Positions 12,890-25,690 of a DNA stretch of 63,405 nt are shown piece by piece. The stretch covers positions 10,245,038 to 10,308,442 of the forward strand of contig NC_057752.1 of the NCBI RefSeq assembly GCF_004010195.1, written 5' to 3'. Under the pieces are notes generated by a model, which had not been told where the DNA came from, made no database searches, and was given only the letters and a program-made list of their open reading frames with translations. Origin of the DNA: Chiloscyllium plagiosum. Taxonomy: Eukaryota. A program made the position numbers and the translations under genes. Numbering within the stretch: the first letter of the stretch is position 1; each line of letters opens with the position of its first letter.

Positions 12890-14280
12890 GATATGCCCAT
12901 TTTACAAATTTATCGATGTTCTGCTCTATCATGTTGCCTTTCTCTTCAGTACTGACTACCACCACACACTTTGGTGTCATCTATGGATTGAGAAATTGGC
13001 ATCATAAAGTACAAATGACAACTTGATCTTGTTAATTGTGAAGAACAGTAGTCCTAGCACTGATCCTCAGGAAATACCACTTCCTACCATCTCAGCGCTT
13101 TGGCAAACTGCTTTCTCCCAGCATGCCACTTTTCTGTTTTGAAGATAATCAGAAGTCCACTTTGTCCTTTATACTCTGGCTTAAACATGAAACACATTCA
13201 TCGATCCATCGTGAGGCACCTTATTGAGGGTATTTAGCATATGCAAATTGCTCTACTTTAGTTGCAAAAAAGGAATACATTAGCTCAAGCAACACTCTTC
13301 CTGTTTAAATCTATGGTAAATATCCATTATTCTATTTCTCATTTCCAGATGCTGTTCGATTCTTTGTTCAGAGGGATTCCATTATCTTTATCACAAAGAT
13401 GTGAACCTGAATTCTCTAAATGTTTCCTGTTTCCTTCTGGATTATGGGAATTGACTGATCTGTCTGTCAGCTCTCTGGCACTCTGCATTTTTCCAATGAG
13501 TTATTAAATGGATGAAACAATACCGTTGGTCCCTCTTCGAAGGAGCTTGCAAATACCCAGGTGCAATTCACCCACAGGCAGGATTCCTTCCTCACACATT
13601 TACTTATTTCATCCAACAAATCTTCATTTTTAAACCGTTAAATGCATGTATTAAACTCCTGATTGTTTAATATCATTAAAACCTATGTTATATCCCTGGT
13701 AAGTATCAAAGCAAAATAATTGTTCAATATTTCTGTCATCCGCCTATCGTGTGCACTGTTAGCGGTTCTATTCCTGCCACAGGATTCTTTTCCAAATGAT
13801 GTACCTGTTCAAAATTTTACTATTTTGTTAATGTTCCTCGATAATTTAATTTTGTACCTCAATGTTATTTTCCGAGTTGTTGTTGCTCTTCTGTCCTCTC
13901 TGTTCTTGTCGACTTCCCTAATGTTCATCTCCTCAATGTTTGCCTGTTTGTGAAGTCTTGATTGGTTTCTTATGTCTTACTTTTATAAAACCATTTTATA
14001 CCATACAAAGCTTGACTTCAGTCCCGATTTTCTTATAAACCAAGTCTCAGCATGTGGTTGGGCAAACATCCAGAGATTATTAATCTTGGAGTTCTTTAAA
14101 ATAGAAATCTCAAACCATGATATTTTACTGGCAGAATGTTCTAACTGTGTCGCTTGTTACAGTAGGGACCAACGCAATCAGAAGTAAACCCTCATTTTCA
14201 AACTTCCTCTTTAGCACCATGGAGAGCACCATGTTGGCAACACATCCTTCCCTTGGTGCAGAGGATGTTCGCTGTGCAGT
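12890..14280 (-). mobile_element. Ancient degraded CR1-like LINE (mirror copy about 18960-21930)
   Basis: Eroded RT-like tracts, better seen in the mirror copy near 21500-21900. The inverted homology is clear, but the family assignment is approximate. Confidence 0.55.
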
Positions 14281-14485
14281 TATAGAGTCATAGAGATGTA
14301 CAGCATGGAAGGTTCTAACTATGTCGCTTGTTACAGTAGGGACCAACGCAATCAGAAGTAAACCCTCATTTTCAAACTTCCTCTTTAGCACCATGGAGAG
14401 CACCATGTTGGCAACACACCCTTCCCTTGGTGCAGAGGATGTTCGCTGTGCGGTTATAGAGTCATAGAGATGTACAGCATGGAAG
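14138..14485. repeat. 174-bp tandem duplication spanning a LINE 3' junction
   Basis: Units start at 14138 and 14312 with three visible substitutions. They appear as a 58-aa repeat in ORF 14125..14529. Confidence 0.9.
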
Positions 14486-15140
14486 CAGACCCTTTGGTCC
14501 AACCCGTCCATGCCGGCCAGATATTCCAACCCAATCTAGTCCCACCTGCCAGCACCCGGCCCATATCCCTCCAAACCCTTGCCTATTCAATCTCTCTCTA
14601 TAGCTCAAATTCTCCAACCCTGGCAATATCCTTGTAAATTTTTTCTGAACCCTTTCAAATTTCACAACATCTTTCTGATAGGAAGGAGACCATAATGGCA
14701 CGCAATATTCCAACCAATCTCCTGTACAGCAGCAAAATGACCTCCCAACTCCTGTACTCAATACTCTGACCAATAAAGGAAAGCATACCAAACGCCTTCT
14801 TCACTATCCTATCTACCTGCGACTCCACTTTCAAGGAGCTATAAACCTGGACTCCAAGGTCGTTTTGTTCAGCAACACTCCCTAGGACCTTACCATTAAG
14901 TGTATTAGTCCTGCTAAGATTTGCTTTCCCAAAATGCAGCACCTCGTATTTATCTAAATTAAACTCCATCTGCCACTTCTCAGCCCATTGGCCCATCTGG
15001 TCAAGATCCTGTTGTAATCTGAGGTAACCCTCTTCACTGTCCACTACACCTCCAATTTTGGTGTCATCTGCAACTTACTAACTGTACCTCTTATGCTCAC
15101 ATCCAAATCATTTATGTACATGACAAAAAGTAGAGGACCA
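14455..15140 (-). mobile_element. CR1 LINE 3' fragment
   Basis: ORF 14655-15044 (WQMEFNLDKYEVLHFGK) and a ctctatgactctat tail on the minus strand. It is absent from the mirror arm. Confidence 0.92.
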
Positions 15141-16136
15141 GCAGTTGATTGAATACTTCTTCAGCACCTCCCTCCTTCCCATCACCATCCTCACAAGCCT
15201 TTGCAGTCTCATGTCCTTGATCTGCATTGTGCCAATCCTACACTCCCTGCTTTCACTTCTCCTGCACAAGAGGTAAATGGTACATTATATCTGATGGATA
15301 GGTCCACTGTTTGCAGAATCTGCTTCCCAACCTCTTCAAAGTCCCCCCTAACAGAGTCCTTGACACAGTCAATCCTTCCTTGCTCCAACCCAAGGATCAC
15401 TGGTCTTGAAATATTGACTGCTTTATCTGAACAGATGCTGCCAGACCTGCTGAGTTTCTCCAGCACTTTCTGTTTTTCTCTCAGGTAGATGTGTTTGCAT
15501 TGGAACATCTCCCACATGTGTCAATCTGTACTGCCATATTGTAGACAGGCTTTAGGTTATTTGGCTAAATCATTAAAGGAGGTTGTATGAGTATTTGCAG
15601 TTGTAGCATATATTTCAACTTGTGCAGCTACAAATTGGAAACAGTACTTCAAGATTTCAGGTCCTAGTTTTAAGTATTGGCCTTTAAAAAAAAACCTTCA
15701 AACTAAATAATCAGTCTCCCACATGATCTAATAAGGAAAGACTCTAGTCTTCAACTCTTATCGTTGCTATCACTCACTTCCTCAGCACAAAACAACAGAA
15801 CAGCCTCTATTCTCTCAGGGTGTTGAATATCCTCATTCACCAAGTACTCCAAGATGATTAGGCACTTTGTAGCAGCATTATGAGGAGGAATCTCTTCTCT
15901 CAGTGGGTTGTGGGCCTTTGGAATTCCTTACCACAGAGAGTTGTGGGTCTCTAGTCCTCATGGATATTTAAGGCTGCGATTAATAAATTCTTGATCAGTC
16001 AGGGAATCGAGGGTTATGGGGAGGGAGAGTGAAGGGGAGGGATGTCAGAGCAGGCGTGATCCTATTGAATGGCACATTAGGCTCAAGAGGCTGAATGGCC
16101 TCCTCCTGTTCCTGTTTCTTATGGTCTTGTTCGAAA

Positions 16137-16751
16137 TGTTATGGACCAGGCCAGACCCCCTCAAAACATTTCAAGAAAGTAGCCCAAACCCTAACGTTGC
16201 TGGTTGTTTTAAGCAGGTGTAATGCAGATACTCCAGGAGGGATGCAGTTGGACAAACCACTTAGTTTTTAAACAAAACAGAATTTATTTACAAGATTACC
16301 CAATAAAACACAAATAAAAATGAACAGAATATTGAGTAACTTAGCCTATCCAAAATTCAACAATTATCCCAACTTAATGATGCTGTTCCAGATACTTGCA
16401 ACAATCCCCATAAACATCCCTTGACACAAAAGGGAAAGTCAAACCCAGGGTCTGACAGGAGAGATGTCACAGAGAGAGGAGGATCAGCATAGACCTGCTT
16501 CTTTGGGTCCAGCAGCTTTGCAACTGTCTGTGAAAGACCGGATCTAACTAGAGAAAAGCTGGTCTGGGAGAACTGACCACGCCCCTTTCATTGTGCAAGT
16601 GTTTTTTTTAACTTGAAAGCTTTTTGCCTGAGGCAGTATCTGTTAGCTATAATCAAATTGGCATTAAAACCCATCCAAGCCTGTGTTTTTACGACTGCCT
16701 GAAAAAAAACCACGGACAACATCACCTTGTTAAAGGAGCATCATCATCACA
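16137..16751 (-). mobile_element. Solo LTR
   Basis: TG...CA termini (tgttatggaccaggccagacc ... catcatcaca). Same family as about 35715-36050 and 36865-36902. Confidence 0.7.
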
Positions 16752-17039
16752 TAAATGAGCCTGATCTGTTACCTCATTACCAGTTGAACTTCCAGTGACA
16801 CTACAGCCCAACCTCAACACAGATTCCTTGGGGGCAGGGAAATGAGGTGCACCTGACTGTGACCAACAACATGAGGTTTCATTCTTGCTCTGGATTCATA
16901 ACCTGCCTCCTTACCCCAATATTGATGGAAGATGCGGCTTTGTGGACTAGTCACTGCATAACAGCACACAACAACGAACTAACTTTCAAAGTTTTGGGGC
17001 AAATTTTGATGTAAATTTGTACCTTTCTGTTTCTTACAG

Positions 17040-17177
17040 TTAACATGGTAGCTACTGTGCTCCTGTCTCAAGGAAGGTGTGTCCAATTAGCTTCCTCCGT
17101 CTAACTTCAGTGTGCACTGTTAAAGGTTGTGGCAAAATATTTGGTTGCACTGAATGGGAGATTATTCCAACAGGTGA
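17040..17177 (+). pseudogene. Internally deleted GPR139-like exon-2 pseudogene
   Basis: Begins with the acceptor ttcttacag|ttaacatggtagct and a short TM2-TM3 fragment, then the gene end ctgaatgggagattattccaacaggtga and 3'UTR similarity to 32690-32810. About 750 bp of exon 2 is missing. Confidence 0.85.
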
Positions 17178-19351
17178 CTAGCACTGCCAGTGAGGATGAC
17201 TGATATATTTACAAGTCTCAGCCTGACCTCGTCCTGAGGGAAAAATATCAGAGCATCAGATGATTATTATGAGAACTCGATGAAGTGTATACGATGCCTT
17301 TTTGAACAACATTAAAAAATCATCATTCTTCCTGCAAACATTGTCTGATTCAGATTTTTTATGGAAACAGAATTTTTGTTTGAAACAACTGTTTGGATAA
17401 GCTTAATAAATAATGCAAATCAATGTGATATGTTGAGATCAGATAAATGATGCCAATCCAATTCAAATAAAGCAGCACAGAAATGTCATTGACAAGTTGG
17501 AGGCAGACCTCTGCTCCAGAGCTTGTCAGACCTGATCATTATCACCCACAATGACTATGGGTCTGAGAAGTTTACTGTAAGAAAATGACTCAAGCGGGCA
17601 GGTCTCGATTATGTCTTGTTTTCAAAGGATGATGATTGATGTAGCCTGTTTTATTCACAGCTTTCTCAGAGTGACAACTTTCTATTCACTGATAAAACAA
17701 TTAGCAAGGGATCAGTGATCTGAGGGACATCAATTATTTCACTCTTTTGATTGTTCAGGAAGGTGGAACCCGGAAAAGGAATAGAGAAAGTCATGCAGCA
17801 GTAAGATGAAGTTATTCAATCCTATGGTTCTAAGAACCCATTATAAGTAGCACAAAGTCACACTCATAAAGTCATCGATTCATACAGTACAGAGGAGGCC
17901 CTTCGTCCCATTGAGGCTGTACTGCCAAAGTTACACTAAATCGACACGAGTCCCTCTTTCCTGCAATAGGCTCACAGCCTTGAATGCGACGGCGTTTCAG
18001 TCACTCATCCAAGTACTCGTTAAAGGTTGTGAGATTTCCCACCTTGATTATCCTCAAAAGCAGTGCATTCCAGACCCCTACCAACCTCTGAAGGAAAATA
18101 TTTTCAACAAGTCACATCTAAATCTTCTTTCTTTCATCTTAAAAATGTGCCCCCCTTGTTCTTGACCCTTCAACTAACTGCTCCTCGGAGTAATGCTGCA
18201 ACAAAGTACCTAATGGTCTTGGGGTACTTGGTGAACAAGGAAATTCAATACCATAAGAGAAGAGAGGCTGCTCAGGGTTTTTTCTTTGGTACAGAACAAA
18301 CAGCCTAACCAAGGAAGTGAGTGATGGCTAGGTCAAAGAGTTAAAGATGAGAGTCTTTCCTTATTAGATCATGTGGGAGACTGATTATTTAGTTTGAAGG
18401 TTTCTTTTTTAAAGGCCAATATTTAAAACTAGGACCTGAAATCTTGAAGTACTGTTTCCAATTTGTAGCTGCGCTAGTTAAAATATATGTTACAACGGCA
18501 AATACTCATACAGCCTCCTTTAATGAATTAGCCAAATAACCTAAAGCCTGTCTACAATATGGCAGTACAGATTGACACATGTGGGAGATGTTCCAATGCA
18601 AACACATCTACCTGAGAGAAAAACAGAAAGTGCTGGAGAAACTCAGCAGGTCTGGCAGCATCTGTTCAGATAAAGCAGTCAATATTTCAAGACCAGTGAT
18701 CCTTGGGTTGGAGCAAGGAAGGATTGACTGTGTCAAGGACTCTGTTAGGGGGGACTTTGAAGAGGTTGGGAAGCAGATTCTGCAAACACTGGACCTGTCC
18801 ATCAGATATAATGTAGCCTCTACCTCTCATGCAGGATAAATGACAGCAGGGGGTGCAGGATCAGCACAATGCAGATCAAGGACATGAGACTGCAGACTTG
18901 TGAGGATGGTGATGGGAAGGAGATGCTAAAGAAGTATTAAAACAAGGTCATAATGAAGAAGTCTTCAATCAACAGCAGAGCTAGCATCCTCTGCACCAAG
19001 GGAAGGGTGCGTGGCCAACCTTGCACTCTCCATGGTGCTGAAGAGGAAGTTTGAAGATGAGGGTACATGTCTGATTGTGTTGGTCCATATTGTAACAAGC
19101 GACATTGTTAGAACATTCTGCCAATCGAATATCGTGGGATCTCTAGTTCAAAGAATTCCAAGGTTAATAATTGCCAGATGTTTGGCCAACCACATCCTGA
19201 GACTTGGCTTATAAGAAAATCAGGACTGAAGTCAAGCTTCGTATGGTATAAAATGTTTTTTATAAAAGTAAGACATAAGAAAATAATCAACGATTCACAA
19301 ACAGGCAAACATTGAGGAGATGAATGTTAGAAAAGTATACAAGAACAGAGG

Positions 19352-19572
19352 GAATCCGTTTAGCTCAGTTGGCTGGTTTGTTGGTTTACATAGCAGTGTG
19401 ATGCTCACAGTGTGGGTTCAATTCCCATCACCGGTTTGAGGCTTCAATGAAGGACTGTTCTTCTCAACCTCTTCCCTCACCTGAAGTCTGGTGGCCCTCA
19501 GATTAAATCACTACCAGCCACTTCTCTCTGATGAGAAAGCAGCCCCTATGGTCTGGTAAGACTACGGGGACA
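19352..19572 (+). mobile_element. tRNA-derived SINE of a second family
   Basis: A-box-like tagctcagttgg and B-box gggttcaattccc, with a body unlike HE1. Confidence 0.65.
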
Positions 19573-20635
19573 CAACAAAAATAGAGAAGGACAGAAGAGT
19601 AACAATAACAGGAAAAGTGACAGCAGGGAGTGCAGGATCGGCACAATGCAGATCAAGGACATGACACTGCAAAGGCTTGTGAGGATGGTGATGGGAGGAA
19701 GGTGCTGAAGAAGTATTAAAACAAGCTCATAATGAAGAAGTCTTCAATCAACATCAGAGCTCACATCCTCTGCACCAAGGGCAGGGTGCGTGGCCAACCT
19801 GGCACTCTCCATGGTGCTGAATTGGAACTTTGAAAAGAGGGTGTACTTCTGTTTGCCTTGGTCCATGCTGTAACAAGTGACATAGTTAGAACATTTTGCC
19901 AATAGAATATTCCAGGTTGGAATCTGCATTTGAAAGAACTCCAGGGTTAATAATCTCTGGAGTATTGCTGAAGCCACAAGCTGAGACTTGGTTTATAATA
20001 AAATCAGGACTCAAGTCAAACTTTGTCTGGTAAAAAAATGCTTTTAAGATATAGAAAGGGGAAAATGGGAGGTGGAGGAGCTGTATTTCCTTTGAGTTAA
20101 AATTTGAGTAAAAAAGGCACACAGATATCAGCAAAACAAACATGAAAACCCGATGGATAGAAATGACAGATAGTAAATGGTCAATCACACTAATGAGTGT
20201 ACTCTACCAATGACCAAGTAGTGAATGGGAGGTGGAGGAGGAAAGATGCAAAAAAGCTGGCAAAGTAAGTAAAATATACATGGAATAATAATTGTGGGTG
20301 ATTGCAACTGATCCAGTGTTAGTTGGAAGAAGCAGATAATTAAGGAAACGAAGTTCCTACACTGTACACAGGATTCTCTTCTCACGGCCTATGTCAAAAT
20401 CCCGGGAAGGGGAGTTTCACAATTGATTCAAAGGAAATGAAAGTGAGGGAAACTTCTAAGCAACAGTGAAAATAACAGAATACAGTTTTGGGTGATGAGA
20501 GAGAAAGACTTGTGTGTGAAGAGACACAGGTTAACAAACTGGAGGAACTCTCATTTTGAAGGACTGGAAATAGAATTTGAGAAAATTAAATAGACAGATC
20601 TGTCAGCAAACTATTATATAAAAGACTGGAGACAA

Positions 20636-20865
20636 TTGAATTGAATTGAATTGAATTTATTTTCATGTGTACCGAGGCATAGTGAAAAGCTTTGTCTTGC
20701 GGGCAACACAGGCTGATCACAGAGTTAAGTAGCATCGATAAGTAAATAATAGGTAAACAGCGGCAAAAACAAAAACACAGGTACAGGCGAATGTTAAGAG
20801 CTTGTAAGTCCATTCAGTATTCTAACAACAATAGGATAGAAACTGTTTTGAAACTGGCTGGTGAA
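20636..20865 (-). mobile_element. Non-LTR retrotransposon 3' end with (ATTCA)n tail
   Basis: On the minus strand, aataaa is followed by a ttcaa repeat tail. Family (Rex1 or L2-like) is not resolved. Confidence 0.55.
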
Positions 20866-23650
20866 TCAGACATCAATGATTCAGAAATAGGCAAACATTG
20901 AGTAAATGAACATTTGAGAAGTATACAAGAACAGAGAAAGAAGAAAAGCAAAAATAATTAAGGTAACATTTAGCTATAAAATTAAATTATCAATGAACAT
21001 AAAAAAAAGAAATAGTAAAACTTTGTACAGATACATCATTTGGAAAGGAATCCTGTGACAAGGATAGAAAGGATAACAGTACAAAGGAGATGACAGATAT
21101 TGAACAATTATTTTGCTTTGATATTTACCAGGGAAATAACATAGGTTTTAATGCCATTAAACAATCAGGAGGTGAACAAATTCATTTCAAAGTTTCATAA
21201 TGAGGAGTTGTTGGATGAAATAAGTAAATATGAGAGGAAGGAATCCTGCCTGTGGGTGAATTGTACCTGGGTTTTTGCAAGCTCCTTCGAAGAGGGAGCA
21301 ACAGTATTGTTTCATCCATTTAATAACTCATTGGCAAAGTACAAAGGGCCAGAGAGCTGGTGGATAGATCATGCAATTCCTACCATCCAGAAAACAGGAA
21401 ACATTTAGTGAACTCAGGGTCACAGCTTTGTGATAAAGGTAATCGAATCCCTCTGAAAAAAAAATCAAAGAGCATCTCGAATTGAAAAATACAATAATGA
21501 ATATTTATCATAGATTTAAACAGGAAGAGTGTTGCGTGAGCTAACATATTCCCTTTCTACAACTAAAACATGGAAAGAAGGTAAAGCAATTTGCATATGT
21601 CAAATCCCCTCAATAATGTGCCTCACGATGGATGAATGTGTTTAATTGAGAAAGCCAGAGTACAAAGGACAAAATGAACATCTGACTGTCTTTAAGACAG
21701 AAAAGCGGCATGCTGGAAGAAAGCTCAGTTTGCCAAAGTGCTGAGTAGGTCGGAAGTGGTATTTTATGAGGATCAGTGCCAGGACCATTGCTGTTCACAA
21801 TTAACTATAACAAGTTGTACTTTATACTTTATTATGCTAATTTCTCAATCCACGGGTGACACCAACATGTGGCGACAGTCAATACTGAAAGAAAAAGGCA
21901 ACATGATAGAGCAAAACATTGATAAATTTGTAGCAGAGACCATACTTTTACACACAATTTGAGAGAGAGCAGTGTGGATCCATGAGTACAATTTTAAACT
22001 TCAACAAGGGCGATTATGAGGGCATAAAGACAGACATGGAAAATATGAGCTGGCAATTTATGTGAAAGTTATAAATCAGTCCAGATACAATGGCAAACAT
22101 TGAAGGGGATATTCCAGAAAACGCAGAATAGATGCATGCCAACAAATAAGAAAATTGCTAAGGGATGGACCAACATTCCGTGATCAACGAACATAGGCAT
22201 AGGCAGAATCAAATCTTAAAGAAAAGACGCATAACTCTGCAAAGCCAGGTGGCTGGTCAGAAGATAGGGCAGGATATAAAAACCAGCAAAGAATTGTGAA
22301 AAGATTAATCAGGAGGGAGAAAGAAAGAGAACATTGGGAAAAAGTGTAAACACAGATAGGAAACTTTTCTTTGGATATTTAAATCAGAAAGAGTGAGCAA
22401 AGTTGATGCTTATCCTCCAGAAAAAAGTGAGTCAGGAGTATTAATAATGGAGGATAAAGATATGGCAGACAAATTGAATAGATATTCTGTGTTAGTTTTC
22501 AATGGAGAGGATACAGCATCCTGGAAATAGCTGTAAATCAGGAATCGAAAGGGAGCGAGGAACTCAAGAAAATTGTAATTACCAGGGACGTATTACTGAG
22601 CAAGTTGTTGGAACTGAGTTGACGTGTCCTTGGGTCACGGTAGATTTCATTCCAGGGTCTAAAGAGAAGGATGTGGTGAGATAGTTGATGCATCAGTTTA
22701 AATTTTCCAAACCCCATTAGATTCAGAGAAGTTTCCTTTCAATTGGAAAAGAGCTAATGTAACCCCATATTCAACAAGTGAGTGAGGCAGAAAGCAGGAA
22801 ATAATAGACCCCTGGCCAAGCTGTTCAACTGCTGCTACAGCACTGGCATCTACCCGACAATGTGAATAATTGCTCAGGTATGACCTGTCCACTAAAAGCA
22901 GGACAAATCTATCCCAGCCAATGAGCAACCTATCTGTTTACTCTCAATCATCAGTAAAGTGATGAAGGGTGTCATCAACAGTGCTTTCTGCTCAGCAATA
23001 ACCTGCTCAGTGAGGTTCAGTTTGGGATCTGCCAGGGCCACTCAGCTCCCGACCTCAGTACAGCCTTGGTTCAAACATGGACAAAGAGGAGGCGAGAGTG
23101 ACAGCCCTTGACATCAAGTGTGGCAACAAGGAGCCCTGGAATGAATGGAAAGTCAGGGGCGGGGGGTTTGATAGTGTCGTAGAAAACAGACCTTCTTCAG
23201 GGTGGATGAAGTGTTTGATGAACCACTGAAGTGCTAACAAGGAGGGGGGAATCACTCTATTTACTACCATTCTATTGTGACAACCCATTCAAAATGAGCC
23301 TGTGCCTTTTCATCACCACCAGTTCGGACACTGGTAACACAGCTCAACCCCAGTATTAGGGTGGAAAACAAATTAAATCCCCCTTTCTTAGAAATCACAA
23401 AGAAAGATGACGTTATTTACTGGTTTTGTTTTTCAATTCTCTCTAATGAGGTCACACTTCACACACAAATCCTTGGGGCAAAAAAACCAGCAGGGTGGCA
23501 CTGATTGTCCTCCATAGATTACAGTCTCAGTGGAGCTAATCCCTGGTTTAAATCAAGACTCCTCGGATTAAGTCTGTCCGTTCTCCCAATCAGTGCCCTG
23601 TGGTTGATGAAGTGGCATTGGAGCAGAGGCATTATTGCATCACACAAGAA

Positions 23651-23720
23651 ATGGAATACCCTTTAATTTTCCAAATCGATCTCATTTACTATCCAGTTCT
23701 TGCAGCTGTCAGTGGCCCTG
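23651..23720 (+). CDS. Exon 1 of a GPR139-like class A GPCR
   Basis: ATG encodes MEYPLIFQIDLIYYPVLAAVSGP plus G, followed by a GTAAGG donor at 23721. The phase-1 join to ag|TTAAC at 30438 or 31817 restores a continuous TM1 (GPVNLVAIVILS). It has the same 70-nt length and phase as exon 1 of the gene at 55737. Confidence 0.88.
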
Positions 23721-24494
23721 GTAAGGCATTCAAAGGAAGCAGACCAAGTTCATTCTTAACGTGCATTTGCTTATTCTTTGCATTTCCTTTTTCTCTGTGT
23801 CTGTCTGAAACGTTCCTTGTGATTCTTCAATGTAAACAATGTTGGAGTGACAACGGGGAGAAAGGGAGCCAGTGTTTGGAAGGTACTACTCCACATGGTG
23901 TCTGTGATATGGCCAACTCAACGGACCCTTGGAATATGATTGCAGTGTGGACAGAGAAGGGAAGGATATGTAGTGAACAAGCTTGCCTTGGAGGGAAGAC
24001 TTAGTGATGGTCCTGAACGTAACGTTGGGATAAATCTCTGAAGAGGTTGTTTAAAGCTGAGTTTAAGCTCAGAAGTATGATAAATGCAGGAAGAAACTAT
24101 CTGTAGTGACAGTCTGAAAGTCAAAATCACATGTGACTTAAGCCTACCAAGGTGTTAGACACAGGGGTTTTGGTGTGTATATTGTGTGAGTGGCATAAGG
24201 GGTACTGCACTAGGGGTGCGTTTGGCATACCATATAAAAATGATTCTGTTTCTTTTCATTTTATGAAGAAGTGATTTGGCATTAATGAGATTATACTCTT
24301 TTTAAATAATTGCATAGAGTCTGGTATCCTGTCACCAAGTCACATTTCATATACATGTGTAAATTCAGAACCGGTGCCAAGAATGAGAAGATGAGATTAT
24401 ACTTTTACTGTGTGTTTAAAAATCTTTGAATTGTTATTTTAAGTTTTTGGGTAGTTTATACTGTCTTTATTTGTTTTGTTAATACATTTAATAA

Positions 24495-25690
24495 ATTGGT
24501 TTTGTGAAGGGTAAGTTGTGCTTTGAAATAGTGACCAAACAGATGGATGAGGGTAAAGTAGTTGATGTGGTGTATATGGATTTCAGAAAGGCATTTGATA
24601 AGGTTCCCCATGGTAGGCTATTGCACAAAATACGAGGCTTGGGATTGTCGGTGATTTAACGGTTTGGACCAGAGGTTGGCTAGCTGAAAGAAGACAGAGG
24701 GTGGTGGTTGATGAGAAATGTTCATCCTGGAGTTCAGTTACTAGTGGTGTACTGCAAGGATATGTTTTGGGGCCACTGCTGTACGTCATTTTTGTAAATG
24801 ATCGAGATGAGGGTGTGGAAGGATGGGTTAGTAAATTTGCGGATGACACTAAGGTCGGTGGAGTTGTGGATAGTGCTGAAGGATATGACACGTTGCAGAG
24901 AGACATAGATAAGCTGCAGAGCTGGGCTGAGAGGAGGCAAATGGAGTTTAATGCGGAAAAGTGTGAGGTGATTCCTTTTGGAAGGAGCAACAGGAATACA
25001 GAGTACTGGGCTCATGGTAAGATTCTTGGTAGTGCAGATGAGCAGTGTCCAGGTACACAGATCCCTGAAAGTTGTCATCCAGGTTGATGCGGTTATTAAG
25101 AAGGCATACAGTGTGTTAGCGTTTATTGGTAGAGGGGATGGAGTTTTGGAGCCATGAGGTCATGCTGCAGCTGTACAAAACTCTGGTGCGGTCGCATTTG
25201 GAGTATTGTGTACAGTTCTGGTCACCGCATTATAGGAAGGATGTGGAAGCTGTGGAAAGGGTCAGAGGAGATTTACTAGGCTGTTCCATGGTAAAGAGGG
25301 AAGGTCTTATAAGGAAAGGCTGAGGGACTTGAGGCTGTTCTCATTAGAGAGAAGAAGGTGACTTAATTGAGAGATACAAGATAATCAGAGGGTTAGATAG
25401 GGTGGACTGTGAGAGCCTTTTTCCTCAAATGGTGATGGCTAGCATCACGGGACATAGCTTTAAATTGAGGATGATAGATATGGGACAGATGTCAGAGAGT
25501 AGTAGGGGAGTAGAATGCACTGCCTGCAACAGTAGTAGATTCACCAACTTTAAAGCATTTAAATGGCCATTGGATAAACTTATGGATGAAAATGGAATAG
25601 TGTAGGATAGGTGGGCTTCAGATTAGTTCCACAAGTTGGTGCAACAAGGGTTGAAGGGCCTGTACTGTGCTGTAATGTTCTATGTTCTAT
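24495..25690 (+). mobile_element. CR1 LINE, 5'-truncated, inserted into the Gypsy LTR within the GPCR intron
   Basis: FADDTKVGG and EYCVQFWSPHYRKD motifs, with a gttctatgttctat tail. It is absent from the mirror arm. Confidence 0.92.

Larger units (their letters stand above)
1..15760. repeat. Left arm of a large inverted segmental duplication (partner arm about 18340-29361)
   Basis: Base 1 (cccgtgatatcccaatc) is the reverse complement of about 29345-29361. Collinear inverted blocks: 1-3580 with 23940-29361, 5190-5965 with 23160-23925, 10120-10365 with 21945-22185, 12900-13960 with 20880-21930, and 15150-15760 with 18340-18960. Confidence 0.92.

Noticed and set aside
15209..15517. 102-aa ORF with an 86-aa mirror at 18579-18839
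   Set aside because: It overlaps an eroded pLTR-type repeat. The conservation reflects the inverted duplication rather than coding constraint.
23600..24004. 134-aa ORF (and its 119-aa mirror at 5152-5511) as a standalone gene
   Set aside because: Only 23651-23720 is conserved with the paralogue. The rest is 5' flank and intron past the GT donor.
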